From Amphiscolops sp. MND2022 (taxonomy: Eukaryota): a stretch of 64,000 nucleotides of DNA. The notes beneath the pieces were generated by a model. That model saw only the letters and a list, made by a program, of their open reading frames with translations, did no database searches and was not told where the DNA came from. Shown here piece by piece: positions 1 to 12,208 of this stretch. The number at the start of each line of letters is the position of its first letter. Position 1 is the first letter of the stretch. Made by a program: the position numbers and the translations under genes. The stretch spans positions 29,824,001-29,888,000 of the forward strand of contig OZ076409.1 of assembly GCA_964187785.1 (NCBI GenBank), given 5' to 3'.

Positions 1-568
1 TCATCTCAGCCCACTATACCATCTTCTCTATCACTACCATTTCAAATCACATCAGGATTTGAAACAGCCTCTCTTCTTTCTGAAGAGCCAGCAACTATAT
101 CAGATAGCGCAGCTAATTTTTCACGAGTTTACTCACCTAGTTCAATAGCATACAATTACCTGAATATTTTTAGAAGAATTCTCAAGACCTCCATCGCCAA
201 ATCCTCACGAATATCCTATTCGTGTTAACTCAAAAATTGTTCGCACGCTTAACGAAGATCCTCGATACACGGTATTACCTGCAAGATTTATAAACAAAAG
301 TTCACTCTCAACTCAAAGAAAACAAAGAGAACTACGAAGATTACAAGAACAACAACTCACATTAAAATTTGAAGTAGAAGTCACATTCAACTCGTTAGGA
401 CCTCATCCATTCTCTCTTTCAACAAGAGTAGCACATAAAACAACCCCATCACCATTCATTGTTACATCCATTTCCTACCTTTGTGACGCAGATTTACCTG
501 AGATTAGAACAGGACATAAACTTTTTTAATCCCTACTCAGGACTCAATTAAAGATCAATATTTTAACC

Positions 569-3145
569 ATGAACCAAATCACCTTTACCTTTCATTTAAT
601 ATATATAATACAAGTTGTTAAATACACGTATATAATAAATATAGTTCACTCTTTAGTTCACCCTTCAACTGTTCCCAAAGTTGACACCACCAATTCCGAA
701 AATCATATTTCAGACCAAGATCCTAACATTTTAAACTTAATGGTATCTCATTATGATTGTGCAAAACAAAATAACTTAAGACAATTCAGTTTATTAAATG
801 TAGAACCATGTAAACAAGCACCCTCAGATATACAACACACAAAAACCCAAGCAACAGTTTACGTTAGAGCAAAAGCCAAAAGAATAAAAGCTTTTAAATG
901 TGAAGCATATATAAAGACTGAGAAAGTCTGGTGTTCACAAACATTCACATCTAGTAGACGATATGATCGTTTACAATGGGGACAAAACACATTAGAACTT
1001 CCAAAAATATTGGACCCTATTGAATGCAAAAATATGATCAGATATTTAAACGCGACTGATAGCGAAGAATTAAACAACTACAATTTACAAAGCTCTTTCT
1101 CATTGTTCGATGATAGTAATTATCAAAACACAATTGAACGAATTCAGACACCATTTAGAGTAAAAAAATTGAATACATGGCATATTGGAACCTTCGTATT
1201 TGACGAAAATTATCCTGATTGGATAGTTAATGTTACACAAAATACATACTCTAGATGTCGATCAGACCGCGAACATATAATTACCCGACAAAGTTGGAAA
1301 CTTAGAATTGTTAACACCGCAATAGATTATGACGATAAAAACAATCAATTAATACATGACGGACACATATTACCATGTTATCATTCAGACGGATTTTGTA
1401 AACCAACGACCAAAACTCCATATACATTAACATGGTTGGATGAAAAATTTTGCCTCATATTTCAACTTCAAGAATTCATTGGTAGAATGACACAAATCAA
1501 AGATAGATATTGGATAGAAACCAATACCTTCATTGAAACTTCAAACATCACACAAAAACTTCAAACCGAAGGAATACAAGGAACAAAATACCCTAATATA
1601 AAAACACCACAATCAAAAGTAAGCAATCCAAGCCTTTCTCGATTTGAAATATACCCAAATGCACAAACCTTCTGTGGAAAACCTGAACCATTATTTTCAA
1701 CACAATATGATGACATCTTTGTTACATACTTAGATGGTTTTGATATGAACACAGGATTACCAAAACCACACTCAATAATTGACCAAACAATTAGTGGAAA
1801 TGTAAAATATGATGATTCAAACAAAAGGTATATATTCCCTGCATTGAATATATCAAACAATTTCGCCACTTTAGACTATGATGCCCACATTAATACAAAA
1901 ATTGATTTCACAATAAATCATGTATTTAAATCCATGACAGTACAAGAACTAAACACTCTTCATACAATATGTGAACTAGAAAGAACTCAACTGTTAACAA
2001 TACTAGCAATGTCAGTTAAAAATCCCCAATTAGCCGGTTTTCTTTTAATTGGAAATCGTACTAACTTTCTCTACGTTGAAGGATCTACAGCATGGCTGTA
2101 TGATTGCCCTCATTTTATATCACCACTATACAAGGCAGATAAATGCTTTGATAGAATTCCTATACACTACAGAGAAACGATAATGTATGTTGACCCAATA
2201 ACAAGACAAACTTTTAACTACGCAACACCAATTGAATGTGGAAATAACCCACAAAATATAATAGAATTAGATCCAGATTCCAACGACGGAGATTTTTATG
2301 TGTTAACACCAGAACCACTCAAACGAGAAGCACCACAAATGTTTAAACCTACCCAAATTAAAACAACAATCACTCCTAATACATTTACCGCCCAAGATGC
2401 CGGTATATACTCAAATGCAGAATTAGATCAATTCTGGAATAGAGTATTATTTGCTAAACATTCAGACAAAACTCTTCAAATACTTGGAAAATCATTAAGC
2501 TATGATTTCATTTCAATGCATAATGAAAAACACTCATACTCAGGACATAATCCCTATAATCATTTAAGGATTGGAGTACATGACCACTTGTTAAATCTTT
2601 TACCACTTTTTAACCCTGACTGGTTCAGTCAAGCATTCATTAATTTCTTTGGATACCCATGTTATGTTTTAACCCAATGTGGAATTTATTTTTCAACATT
2701 CCTTTTCATTAGAGAAGTTTTAACATTTTTACTCAAATTCTACAGAACAATTAGCATAAAATATAATCTCCAAAGCAACATTTCCATTTTGAGTTCATTA
2801 GCCCATGGATTTTTTAATTTAGTTACATCGGAAATGGTAACCGATTTAAATAATACAGGAAAACGAAAACGGATATACACTAAACACAAAATTACAACAA
2901 GTGAAAATGATAATATCCTTTTGCCGGAAAAAGAATTAAACAATAAACGAAGATACTCTGATACTGACTCCCCTTATTTACCTCCTAAATATTCCAGTAA
3001 GAATTCAACATTTCAATCACCGCAAAAGACACACCCAACTAATGTAAACGATATTAATTCTCAGGACTATGACCCAATAATGTCAAATGTAATAGCTGTA
3101 CCGGAAAGTCCTGCTAAAGTCTTTATAAAATTCAATCCCTCCTAG
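569..3145 (+). CDS. env: Envelope glycoprotein, chuvirus-G-like (class III fusion-type)
   Basis: 858-aa intact ORF with N-terminal hydrophobic segment and Cys-rich ectodomain. Motif CELERTQLLTILAM...NPQLAGFLLIG...EGSTAWLYDC...CFDRIPIHY...VDPITR...C has the spacing I recognise from chuvirus glycoproteins. C-terminal TM (CYVLTQCGIYFSTFLFIREVLTFLL) and cytoplasmic tail. Confidence 0.75.
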   Translation: MNQITFTFHLIYIIQVVKYTYIINIVHSLVHPSTVPKVDTTNSENHISDQDPNILNLMVSHYDCAKQNNLRQFSLLNVEPCKQAPSDIQHTKTQATVYVRAKAKRIKAFKCEAYIKTEKVWCSQTFTSSRRYDRLQWGQNTLELPKILDPIECKNMIRYLNATDSEELNNYNLQSSFSLFDDSNYQNTIERIQTPFRVKKLNTWHIGTFVFDENYPDWIVNVTQNTYSRCRSDREHIITRQSWKLRIVNTAIDYDDKNNQLIHDGHILPCYHSDGFCKPTTKTPYTLTWLDEKFCLIFQLQEFIGRMTQIKDRYWIETNTFIETSNITQKLQTEGIQGTKYPNIKTPQSKVSNPSLSRFEIYPNAQTFCGKPEPLFSTQYDDIFVTYLDGFDMNTGLPKPHSIIDQTISGNVKYDDSNKRYIFPALNISNNFATLDYDAHINTKIDFTINHVFKSMTVQELNTLHTICELERTQLLTILAMSVKNPQLAGFLLIGNRTNFLYVEGSTAWLYDCPHFISPLYKADKCFDRIPIHYRETIMYVDPITRQTFNYATPIECGNNPQNIIELDPDSNDGDFYVLTPEPLKREAPQMFKPTQIKTTITPNTFTAQDAGIYSNAELDQFWNRVLFAKHSDKTLQILGKSLSYDFISMHNEKHSYSGHNPYNHLRIGVHDHLLNLLPLFNPDWFSQAFINFFGYPCYVLTQCGIYFSTFLFIREVLTFLLKFYRTISIKYNLQSNISILSSLAHGFFNLVTSEMVTDLNNTGKRKRIYTKHKITTSENDNILLPEKELNNKRRYSDTDSPYLPPKYSSKNSTFQSPQKTHPTNVNDINSQDYDPIMSNVIAVPESPAKVFIKFNPS

Positions 3146-3561
3146 CTGAGAAGCAATAACTTAAAAAACAAATTAACCTCAAGAAAAGTTCACAAAATTA
3201 TCAATCAAATTCTTCTCAGTTTCAACTTTCATTCACACCCAAATTCTCACTCGGACCGGTCTCTCCTTTTCAACTCAACTTAACTCTCAACCAGAAGACT
3301 TCAACTGGATTTTCAGTCCATTTAAACGACCGAAATCACAGAAGTTTCTATTCCTGGAATAGATGCCACTGTGATTGTTGATGTTTTTAACCCATCATTG
3401 ACCCAGTATTCCCATATTGTAAGTACAATTTAAACTTTAATTTTAACAAACAATTTAATGGATAGAAAAGACATAACAAAATTTTTCCTTAGTATTAGAA
3501 ATAATGTAATCAAATGTTATAATCATTATTTTAGCTCTACAAAAACACGCAAGTTTAAATA

Positions 3562-4855
3562 ATGGAATCCTTGCCCGAAATTGATGTAGTTAACTCTAAT
3601 CCCTCTGAATTGCTTGCAACCCCTTTGAATATAACTATTCAACAAAATGTTAACGAAGATAATAACTATTCCTCCAACTCTCAAGATCCTATAGAAAATA
3701 TCCCTATTGAACAAGTAGATCATGTTAACACAAGATCTCAAAAAAGAAAGTACCCAGTTATAACCGCAGATAAACCTTTTATGGAATCTGGCGCTTGCCC
3801 TCCTTTCATAAAACCAATTAAACAAGATGAAGATAGAGATTGTGAATTAGTTCCTATTCTCTCGTCGAAACAATTCACATTTCAATCTCAGTTAACTTCG
3901 TTATACATGATTCCAACAAAATACAAATTCATCATCAGAGAATTTAAATATGATTATCATACATCAATTGCTTCAAAACTGATTACCCCATATGATTGGT
4001 GGTTAAACAATAAAGTGAAAAGTTTCTCACTTAAAATACAACTTCCTCAGATCATCTCCATATGATCTTCGAACAGAAGAAAATGATGCAAATTTTTTGC
4101 CATATCAAATCAAAAAGGCCCACCATATGACTTATCAAAAGTTCCTTCAATATAAAGAGCCCGATAAATATATATTCTTCAACTCCAAATATACATCGCC
4201 ATTCACTTTCAACTCAGAATATTTAATATATCATACCAAAACAAAAGGAAAACTTAGAAATTATGACCCGCTGAAACAAAGTTTTCTCTTCCTTCCAAAT
4301 GATAACCCAAAAAGATCAATCATTGTTCCACAAGAATACCTCATTCTAAACGACGATTCGTTACTACAAGAAGATATACCTCAACATATATCTGATCCTC
4401 TTCCTCCACTTCAACAAATAGCCTCTCAACCATTGGGAGACTGTGAAAAGTCTTATTTCCACGCAATGATCAAAAAGGGATATTCAAATAATGAATTAAT
4501 TTTCATTATTTCCCACCTGCTTTCACTTCTTACAAATGGAAATCACAAAGAATATAAAAAGGCAAAACAAGAATCGCCTAAGAAAACCAAAAATGATATT
4601 CCTCAACCACAAAGTTTTCGCCCAACAGATGAATTACAGAAATATACAGAAATTCTGAATATCATAAAACCGTATCATCATCCAAACCGAGATATTCTTA
4701 TAACAATCGCTGAAATTGTAAATACCCTTGAACAAGCTCGAAGCATAATACAAAATATCGTATTTGATACGACAAGAATTAGCCAATCAGCTTTGTGCAT
4801 TCGCACATCCTTAGACGAATTCAACTACACTATTGAAAAAATGCATCGATCTTAA
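3562..4855 (+). pseudogene. Accessory ORF(s) of unknown function downstream of env (167 aa + 252 aa, probably one frameshifted gene)
   Basis: Two adjacent same-strand ORFs 31 bp apart in different frames. The first has an ATG start. No recognised domain. Confidence 0.4.
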
Positions 4856-5376
4856 CTGGTAATTATGGGATAATAGCTTTAAAGTTGTTAACACTTATCA
4901 CTTAATCTCTTATCAACCTGTCAAAATGAATTGAATCTACACGCATATGCCTGCTATGCATGATTCTAATACATGCTTGATGTTAAAATACACTTTTAAA
5001 ATGAAATAACATAAAAATTTCAATCACGACATCAAAATTTTCAACGAAATTCTTCAATTGCTCCTCCTTTTAATGGACCGATTTCAACAAATAAGGACTT
5101 ATATGAAAGATATTTAAATATCCTTCAAAAGACTTCCAAAATACAACAACTTAATTCTTAAAATTAAAAAGTTATAACATCACAAAATTCAATAAAAAAA
5201 TGTCAACTACGAAATTCTATTTTCAAAGGAACTTTATTGTAAACAAACTAATCTATTTTAGGTGAATATCGTCACAACTGCTTCTTCAGCATTCCTTCCT
5301 CCTCTCAGGTCACCCATTCAAGAAGAATTCCGAAGTATCTTCTACAGCTTTCAACGAAATTTTCTCATTCTTCAAT

Positions 5377-5853
5377 ATGACAACTATCCACTCTGGCGAC
5401 ATTGACTGCCCGATAGCTCCTTTTCTTTCAATCTCTTCAGCTCGATTGCGATCCTTGATCCTGAAAAAGTTTTTAACGACATTAAATGCGCAGCTTCGAA
5501 CAGAAAAAAAGGCAGACCCACATCTTACAAGGATGATATTGCTTAATATGTTCCAAATAATCCAAATAACAAGAATAAATTTCGACCAATATCTCCATAT
5601 TTATAAACATCCTGACACTTATTCAACTCGAAAGGATGCCACTACCCAAACAGAACATACTACCATCAAACCCAAGCGTTTATTACGAACTCTATCCAAT
5701 AGAATGCGTTCCGAAATGGAAAAACAACATCTAAATTCGTATTGGCCCTCAGATGACAATGATGACACTGACGAAGACCTTCAAAAAGATCCCCCAGAAG
5801 CACTTATAGATGATAATTACCCACCCAAAACATATACTTACGTTTCCTTCTAA
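5377..5853 (+). CDS. Possible accessory ORF, 158 aa, unknown function
   Basis: ATG-initiated ORF with acidic C-terminus. It is preceded by a possible splice acceptor (TATTTTAG, ~5260). Confidence 0.3.
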   Translation: MTTIHSGDIDCPIAPFLSISSARLRSLILKKFLTTLNAQLRTEKKADPHLTRMILLNMFQIIQITRINFDQYLHIYKHPDTYSTRKDATTQTEHTTIKPKRLLRTLSNRMRSEMEKQHLNSYWPSDDNDDTDEDLQKDPPEALIDDNYPPKTYTYVSF

Positions 5854-6903
5854 TATCAACAGACGCCACCAACAGCACCCGTCTACTCCCATCTTCGAAT
5901 TCCACATCTTCAACGAGCAACAGATCAGCACCCATCTTCAACTTCACCGCCGCCCAACAGTTGCCCACCTTCATTCATCTGCTGACCCTTCTTCTTCCAT
6001 CTTTCAATCGTCCATCGTCACCCACATGCTCAGTCAAAGATGATCGATAAGTAATAACAAAGAAAACTCAAAGAAAAACATTGTGCATGATAACATTTCG
6101 AAAAGTTTCAAACTCATCTAATAATTCATAGAATTCAAACTCTCATCTAAATTATTCATTATGTAGTTATTATTTCAAATTTCATCCCCACCTATATTTA
6201 TTTGCCCAAAAATCTTTTATTCACACCCGTACCGATATTTATTTGCTTTATTTTTAAAGAATAATTAGTAATAATTATTATTTTTCGGTGCTATCCTAAC
6301 CAAAAAATTCACAAATATTATCAACAAATCTTTCCAAATTTCAACAAAACCAGCTCAAAATTAGATCAAGCACATTGTTCAGATCAAATTCGAATAATGA
6401 CAGACCCAAGTTCTCAAAGTTTTCAACATTTGTTACATACCAAACCCGCCAAAGTTAATTACAACCAGAAATCTTTTCAAACGTATTTCACGTTCGAAAA
6501 AATTTTTTCTCAACAATATTATTTCTTTGACTCTTTGACCTCTAACTCGTATGATGTTTGCTCACGTTTGTTCAATGCGAAGTTCATTCAAAACTTCAAC
6601 AGAAGCATAAAATTGAGCATCTATCAGTTCAAAAAACAAGCCGACGAAAGCATAGTGAAAAAGAACACTTTGACGCTTTTGAACTGTAGTCGCACCTACG
6701 AGGTGTCAATCAAAATTTTGACAATTCGAGGTACACCAATGAGTCGAACTTACACCACTTTTAACGAGACTTATGCCAATCATCCATCAAATGAAAAATG
6801 TTAACTAGCTGAAACGCTAAGAACATTTAAACAAAAAATTTTTTCTTCATTTCAATTAATGATGCTACTTTAAAATTTTATTTTATTTAAAAACCGGGAT
6901 GGA

Positions 6904-7172
6904 TGTACTGACCTACATTAATAACCAATAGTATTTAGATGTTTATAGAATGTTCTAGAATATACATTTATTTGTTATTGAATGATTGTAAATCTCTACT
7001 CCTTCAGAGAGAGAAAACTAATAACCAGTATTCAGTTGACTTCCTTTTTGTTCTACTCCTAACACCTCGGAATAGTTGTAATAAAGTAAGCTAGCTAGCC
7101 TGTCTCTCAGCCGCTTTTAGTAGTTGCGTATAAGACCATCAAAAACAATAACCAACCATTAAAAGCAGCACA
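6904..7172 (+). repeat. 3' LTR of env-bearing element (~269 bp)
   Basis: TG...CA ends with 7-bp imperfect IR (TGTACTG/CAGCACA). PPT immediately upstream; AATAAA at 7080. Confidence 0.65.
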
Positions 7173-7199
7173 TTACTAAATTCTGCCAAAACTCCACTT

Positions 7200-7483
7200 T
7201 TACTCCATTTTAAATTTAATATTGCGTTTTACTATGGAGGAGGCAGAAGTTCGAAAACAAGCGTTCCCATTTGTCCCAGCACGCTATATTCGAACTTTTG
7301 ACGTTATATCCGAAGTTAATTGTGTTTTTCTACGGAGGAAGCGGAGGTTCAAAAATTTGCGCTAAATCCGAATTTTGACGTTATATCAGAAGTAATATGC
7401 GTTTTCCAAGGCGGAGGTAAATTTGCGATTTCCGCTTTCAATCGAAGGCGGAAAATAGCCCGTCCATAGCGGGCGACTTGTTT
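7200..7483 (+). mobile_element. Fragment of Helentron/HINE-like repeat family
   Basis: Shares CGAACTTTTGACGTTATATCCGAA blocks with the 8440-9570 copy. Ends in hairpin GCCCGTCCATAGCGGGC followed by ACTTGTT. Confidence 0.45.
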
Positions 7484-7823
7484 GATACATTGTGATTTTA
7501 TCGTTGTTATTGTATCCTAAACCAAACATCTTACTGTGCCCGACAGAAGCCTATATTTGATATTTTGAAAACAATGAACATCCAAATGTCTTAATGACAA
7601 AACAATTGGCTACCGAATATACTTGGCATACCGAAAAACAAACCTTCTTGATACGCTTGAAAACAAGAAATTGGAGTTGAAAACAAGAAATTAGTTTATA
7701 AAATGTCCTAGAAAGCCAATGTTTGAATTCGATACTGTTTTGAAAAAGTTTTGTATAGTTTTTGAATGTTCAAGCGATTGAGACTGAAGTTCAATGACAA
7801 AAGGAGTGGCGATTTAGCACGTA

Positions 7824-8320
7824 TTTTTAGTCGGCGCTTTTCTTAAGAAAAGAGCCCGACTATTACAGTCACTCGTTTTTTTCTTTTTTTTAAATTTAAG
7901 ACAGACTCGAAGCGACGAACGTTAAAATTAACGTTCAACTACTAAATAAGTACTAAACTACTGGACCGCTAAAGGCAAACGGGGAGCGCATTCATTTACT
8001 TTTTCAACGTTACATACAAGCCCGGACGGGACTAAAGTTTCGTACCCCCCCCCCCCTTTCGATTTTTTTCGGCGCTGTGAGATTTTTTTTCGAATTTTTT
8101 TTTATGTCCCCAAAGGGTCCCCCCTTTGAGTTTTTTGTTATTTTGCTACAGAATGCGTGTTTCTAAATCAAAAAGGGTCCCCCTTTTACATTTTTCGGCA
8201 CTGTGCGACATTTTCCGAAAGAAATTTTTTTTCGAAAATTTCAAGTTTTTTTCCAAAGAAAATGTTTTGCGCTTTTTGAGCCTTAGATATAGCGCCGACT
8301 TGAGGCGTTCTCGTCTTGTT
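7824..8320 (+). mobile_element. Non-autonomous Helentron/HINE (DINE-1-like) element
   Basis: 5' TTTTAGTCGGCGCT with adjacent partial inverted copy (AGAGCCCGACT). 3' subterminal inverted repeat AGCGCCGACT at 8291-8300, then ~20 nt ending CTTGTT. Confidence 0.6.
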
Positions 8321-8439
8321 AGCGACATATCCCAAGTTTTCTGAAACATGTTCTTAATAATTCTCGCTCGAAAATTCCAACACGACGGGAACGTCTAAAG
8401 TCGGCGCAATATCTAAGACTCAAAAAGCAAAAAGCAGAG

Positions 8440-9570
8440 TTTTTAGACAGTGCTTCTATTAATAAAAGAGCCCGACTATTACAGTCACTCGTTTTTTTTT
8501 CTTTTTTGAAAGACACACTCGAACCGACGAAATTTTTGTTCAGTTTGTTCAACTAAACGAATACCTCCAAAACGCATCTAAGTTTTTGCAGAGGGTCCAC
8601 CTTTCATTTTTTACTTTTGAAACTAAACACAAAACTGGACGAGACTGGGTCACACCTTTCAATTTTTTTCGGCGCTTTGAGATATTTTTTCAAATTTTTT
8701 GTCTCCAAAGGCCCCTCTTTCGATTTTACTTAAGTCCCCCCTCGTAATATCCGAAGTAAAGCGCTATATCCGAACTTTTGACGTTATATCCGAATTACAT
8801 TGCGTTTTATTAAGGAGGAGATGGAGGTTCGGAAACATGAGTTTATCCTGAAAATGTCCTGCGCATATTTTACAAACTAATTAAAAGGAGCTATCTGAGT
8901 TTTTGACCATATATCCAAACTCTGCGTTTTTATTATTTTTTATCATTTTTTTTATTTTTATTATTTTTTATTTTTCATTTCTGCGATACCAGGAATATTA
9001 CTGAAATCTCAAGAATTCAATTTTTTCAGTACAATTCTTGTGGTGACACTGAAAAATTCGGATATTTGGTTCGGCAGTAAGATTAAAATTTCTCAAGCTG
9101 CCGACAACAATTCGTTTCTCGTCCGATGGAACGACCGAGTGGTAATGCATTCGTACGCCGAATTCATTGAGATGAAGCGAGCCAATGTTCGTAATTATGC
9201 TTTCGTACGCCGAGTTATTGAGATGAAGCAAACGAGTGTTGATTATTCGTTTGCCGAGAGCTTCGCCTGCATTAGAATGCGAAACTGCGTCTACTTTTTG
9301 TAGTTAGATTTTTATTTTGTCTGAGAAGTATTAAAGGCGGTATAAACTGGTAGTGGATTAATTGTGCGCTATATAAATGATTAATATATGCTTCTATTAT
9401 GGAACATGAAAGTCTAAAAGCAGAAATAATACTGTGCCCCGCCTATTTTACTAAGGAGGAAGTGGAGGTTCGAAAACAGGAGTTTTTCATGAAAACGTCC
9501 TACTCATATTTCAAATCTGCGCTTTTCAAGCCTTGGATATAGCGCCGACTTACGACGTTCCCGTTTTGTT
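8440..9570 (+). mobile_element. HINE-like element with ~0.5-kb internal insertion
   Basis: 5' end homologous to the 7824 copy (AAAAGAGCCCGACTATTACAGTCACTC). 3' AGCGCCGACTTACGACGTTCCCGTTTTGTT. Confidence 0.55.
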
Positions 9571-9995
9571 AAAATATGCGTAGGACGTTCTGATGAAAAA
9601 CTCTTGTTTTCGAACCTCAACCTCCTCCTTACTAAAACGCAATATAATTCAGATATAACGTCAAAAGTTCGAATATAGCGCTTTACTCCGGATATTACGA
9701 GGGGGGACTTAAGTAAAATCGAAGGGGGGGCTTTGGAGACAAAACAAATTCGAAAAAAGTCTCACAGCGGCAAAAAAATTGAAAGGTGTGACCTAGTGTC
9801 GTCCAGTTTTGTGTTACAATTCAAAAGTAAAAATGAAACGGGGACCTTCTGTAAAAACTTAGATGCGTTTCGGACGTAATCGTTTAGATGAACAAACTGA
9901 ACAAAAATTTCGCCGCATTCGAGTCTGTCTTTTAAAAAGAAAGAACAGTAACTGTAATAGTCGGGCTCTTTTGTTCTAAAAGCGCCGGCTAAAAA
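9571..9995 (-). mobile_element. Inverted, 3'-truncated copy of the same HINE-like family
   Basis: Reverse complement of ~8440-8880. Ends in AGCGCCGGCTAAAAA. Confidence 0.6.
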
Positions 9996-10589
9996 CAGTT
10001 CAATTATCGACGGTTTTATGGAACTTTTGACAGTTTTTGAATATTTATCATGTCTTAGATAGAATAGAATTTTCAAAGAGAAAACGTTTTTAAGCCAAAA
10101 CAAAACATTGAATTTTGTAGGCAAAATGTGAAATCAAAAAATAGAATGAGAACCCGCTAAAATCTTTGCCCTGCTCAGATCTTAGGTCAAAAGTATATGT
10201 TTTGGTAATCTTTTACGGTCACTTCCACCGGATTTTAAATAGTAATAAAAGGCACTCACTAAGGAAAAACTAAATATTTGTCGCGGTTTTTTTCGCATAG
10301 CGCCGGCTAGAAACAGTCTGTTTATAGGCTTCGAAATTACTTTAAAATCCCACGAAAATGCACACTCGCATGAATTTCAAAACACGAGCTGAGATCAAGT
10401 TGGATAGAGTTCTACCCAAAAATTTTCACTTTAGTTTAGCACCATAATGTTTTGTATTTTTTCAAACTAGTGACTCCTTCAAGCATTATATTCACCCTAT
10501 GTCCCCTATGTCATCACACCCCTATGTCCGAAGGACAGCAAAATTGCTCTTCTGAAGTAACATCTTGTGTTTTGCGGTAAACTGTTACA

Positions 10590-11485
10590 AAAAGATCCTT
10601 AGATGAGATTTGATATCGAAGATATTCCGAAAGTCCTTGAATGATCTTTGATCTCGAAGATCTTCCGAAGGTCCTCGAATGATCTTTGCTGGCAAAGATC
10701 TTTCGAGGATCCCTGAATGACCTTTGATCTCGAAGAACTTCCGAACATCCTCGAGGGGCCTTTGATCTCGAAGATGTTCTGAAGACCTTTGGAGGATCAT
10801 CCATCTCGAAGATATCCCGAAGATCCTTGAATGATCTTTGATTTCGAAGACCTTCAAAAGGATCTTGATTGATCTTTAATCTGGAAGATCCTTGAATAAT
10901 ATTTGATCTCGAAAATCTTGGGAAGGTCCTTGAATGATCTTCGATCTCTATTATCTAAAGCTCCTCGAATGATGTTTGATCTCGAAGATCTTCCAAAAAT
11001 CTTTGAAAGATTTGACTTCAAAAATCTTCCGAATATCCTTGAGTAATTTTAGATCATGAAGAACTTCGGGATGTCCTTGAAAGACCTTTGATATCGATAT
11101 CGAACATCTTCCGCAGATCCTTGACTGATCTGTGAAATCAAAGACCTTCAGAAGGTACTTGAATGATCTTTGATCTCGAAGATCTTCCGAAGGTTCTTGA
11201 TTGATATTTCATCTCGAAGATCTTCCGAAGGTCCTTGAAAGATCTGTGACACGGAAGATCTTCCGATGGTCCTTGATTGATCTTTAATTTCGAAGATCTT
11301 TGATTAATATTTGATCTCGATCTTGTGAAGGTCCTCGAATGATCTTCGATCTCGATTTTCTAAAAACGTCGGGAGTTCCTTAATGAACTTTGATCTCGAA
11401 GATTTTTCGATGATCTTTGAATGAAATTTGATATCGAAGATCTTCTGAAGGTCGTTGAATGATCTTTGATCTCGAAGGTCTTCTT
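10590..11485. repeat. 38-bp tandem satellite (~24 degenerate units)
   Basis: Unit GATCTTTGATCTCGAAGATCTTCCGAAGGTCCTTGAAT recurs at 10643, 10681, 10719 and onward. Confidence 0.9.
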
Positions 11486-11803
11486 TAATGAGGATTGCAC
11501 TGGTATTTCTTTAGGTTTGATATTAGCAGCCATGTCAATCAATAGGCTTTCAAAGTTAGATTATTTTTCTCAAAGTCAAGATCGAATTTGATTGGCATGG
11601 CATTTTTCAAAAAGATCTTTCAGTTGGCATACAAATTGTTACGTAATATGCTGTCATAATTAATGTTGATCGGTTCTCGGCTATTACGTAACAAAGCTGC
11701 CGATACAAAGAAAAGTATCTGCATTATATCTAGGATTTTGAATTTTATCATTCACTATGTACATAGCATGTATGTACATGGGTGAAACTTTTCACTTCTG
11801 CAG

Positions 11804-12018
11804 GAATAGTGACGATCCTATTGGTGCACTTCCTGGCTGAGTTATACGACATCTCCAAACTAGTTTTGATCTTCACTCTGATCACGACTTTCCTCATGGT
11901 CCTGCTGAACATGAGAAACATCATCGGCCTGTGTGTCGGCTTCTACGAATTCCTGGCCTCCTTAAATGGTCAGATGTTCATCCTCATTTGGATCATCATC
12001 CTCGTCCTCGTCGGACCT
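11804..12018 (+). CDS. Candidate internal exon of host multi-TM protein gene (DC-STAMP-like N-terminal region?)
   Basis: Acceptor TTCACTTCTGCAG and donor GTGAGT. Open frame of hydrophobic helices ending FLASLNGQMFILIWIIILVLVGP. Confidence 0.5.
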
Positions 12019-12208
12019 GTGAGTGAGAAAGTGAACAATGTTGAGCATGACACCAATCGAGTGAGTCAAAATAACTAAATGTTCTTCAATTTTCATTCAA
12101 AGTGCAATTGTTTCATCACTACAAAACTGCAGCTTCACTAATCGAAAATGAACAACTTCCAGAAGGAATAACAGCGAAACAATAATTTCAACTAAATACT
12201 ACATTTTT

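Larger units (their letters stand above)
1..7172 (+). mobile_element. 3' portion of an env-bearing LTR retroelement (gag/pol lie upstream of the window if present)
   Basis: A/C-rich sense strand. Env-like ORF, then purine-rich tract AAAAACCGGGATGGA directly before a TGTACTG...CAGCACA terminal repeat. Confidence 0.7.

Noticed and set aside
9040..9303. 87-aa ORF
   Set aside because: Arises from a ~52-bp tandem duplication within a repeat insertion; no domain.
10590..11485. CRISPR-like array
   Set aside because: Units are contiguous and degenerate with no unique spacers, and there are no cas genes. It is a satellite, and its ORFs are artefacts.
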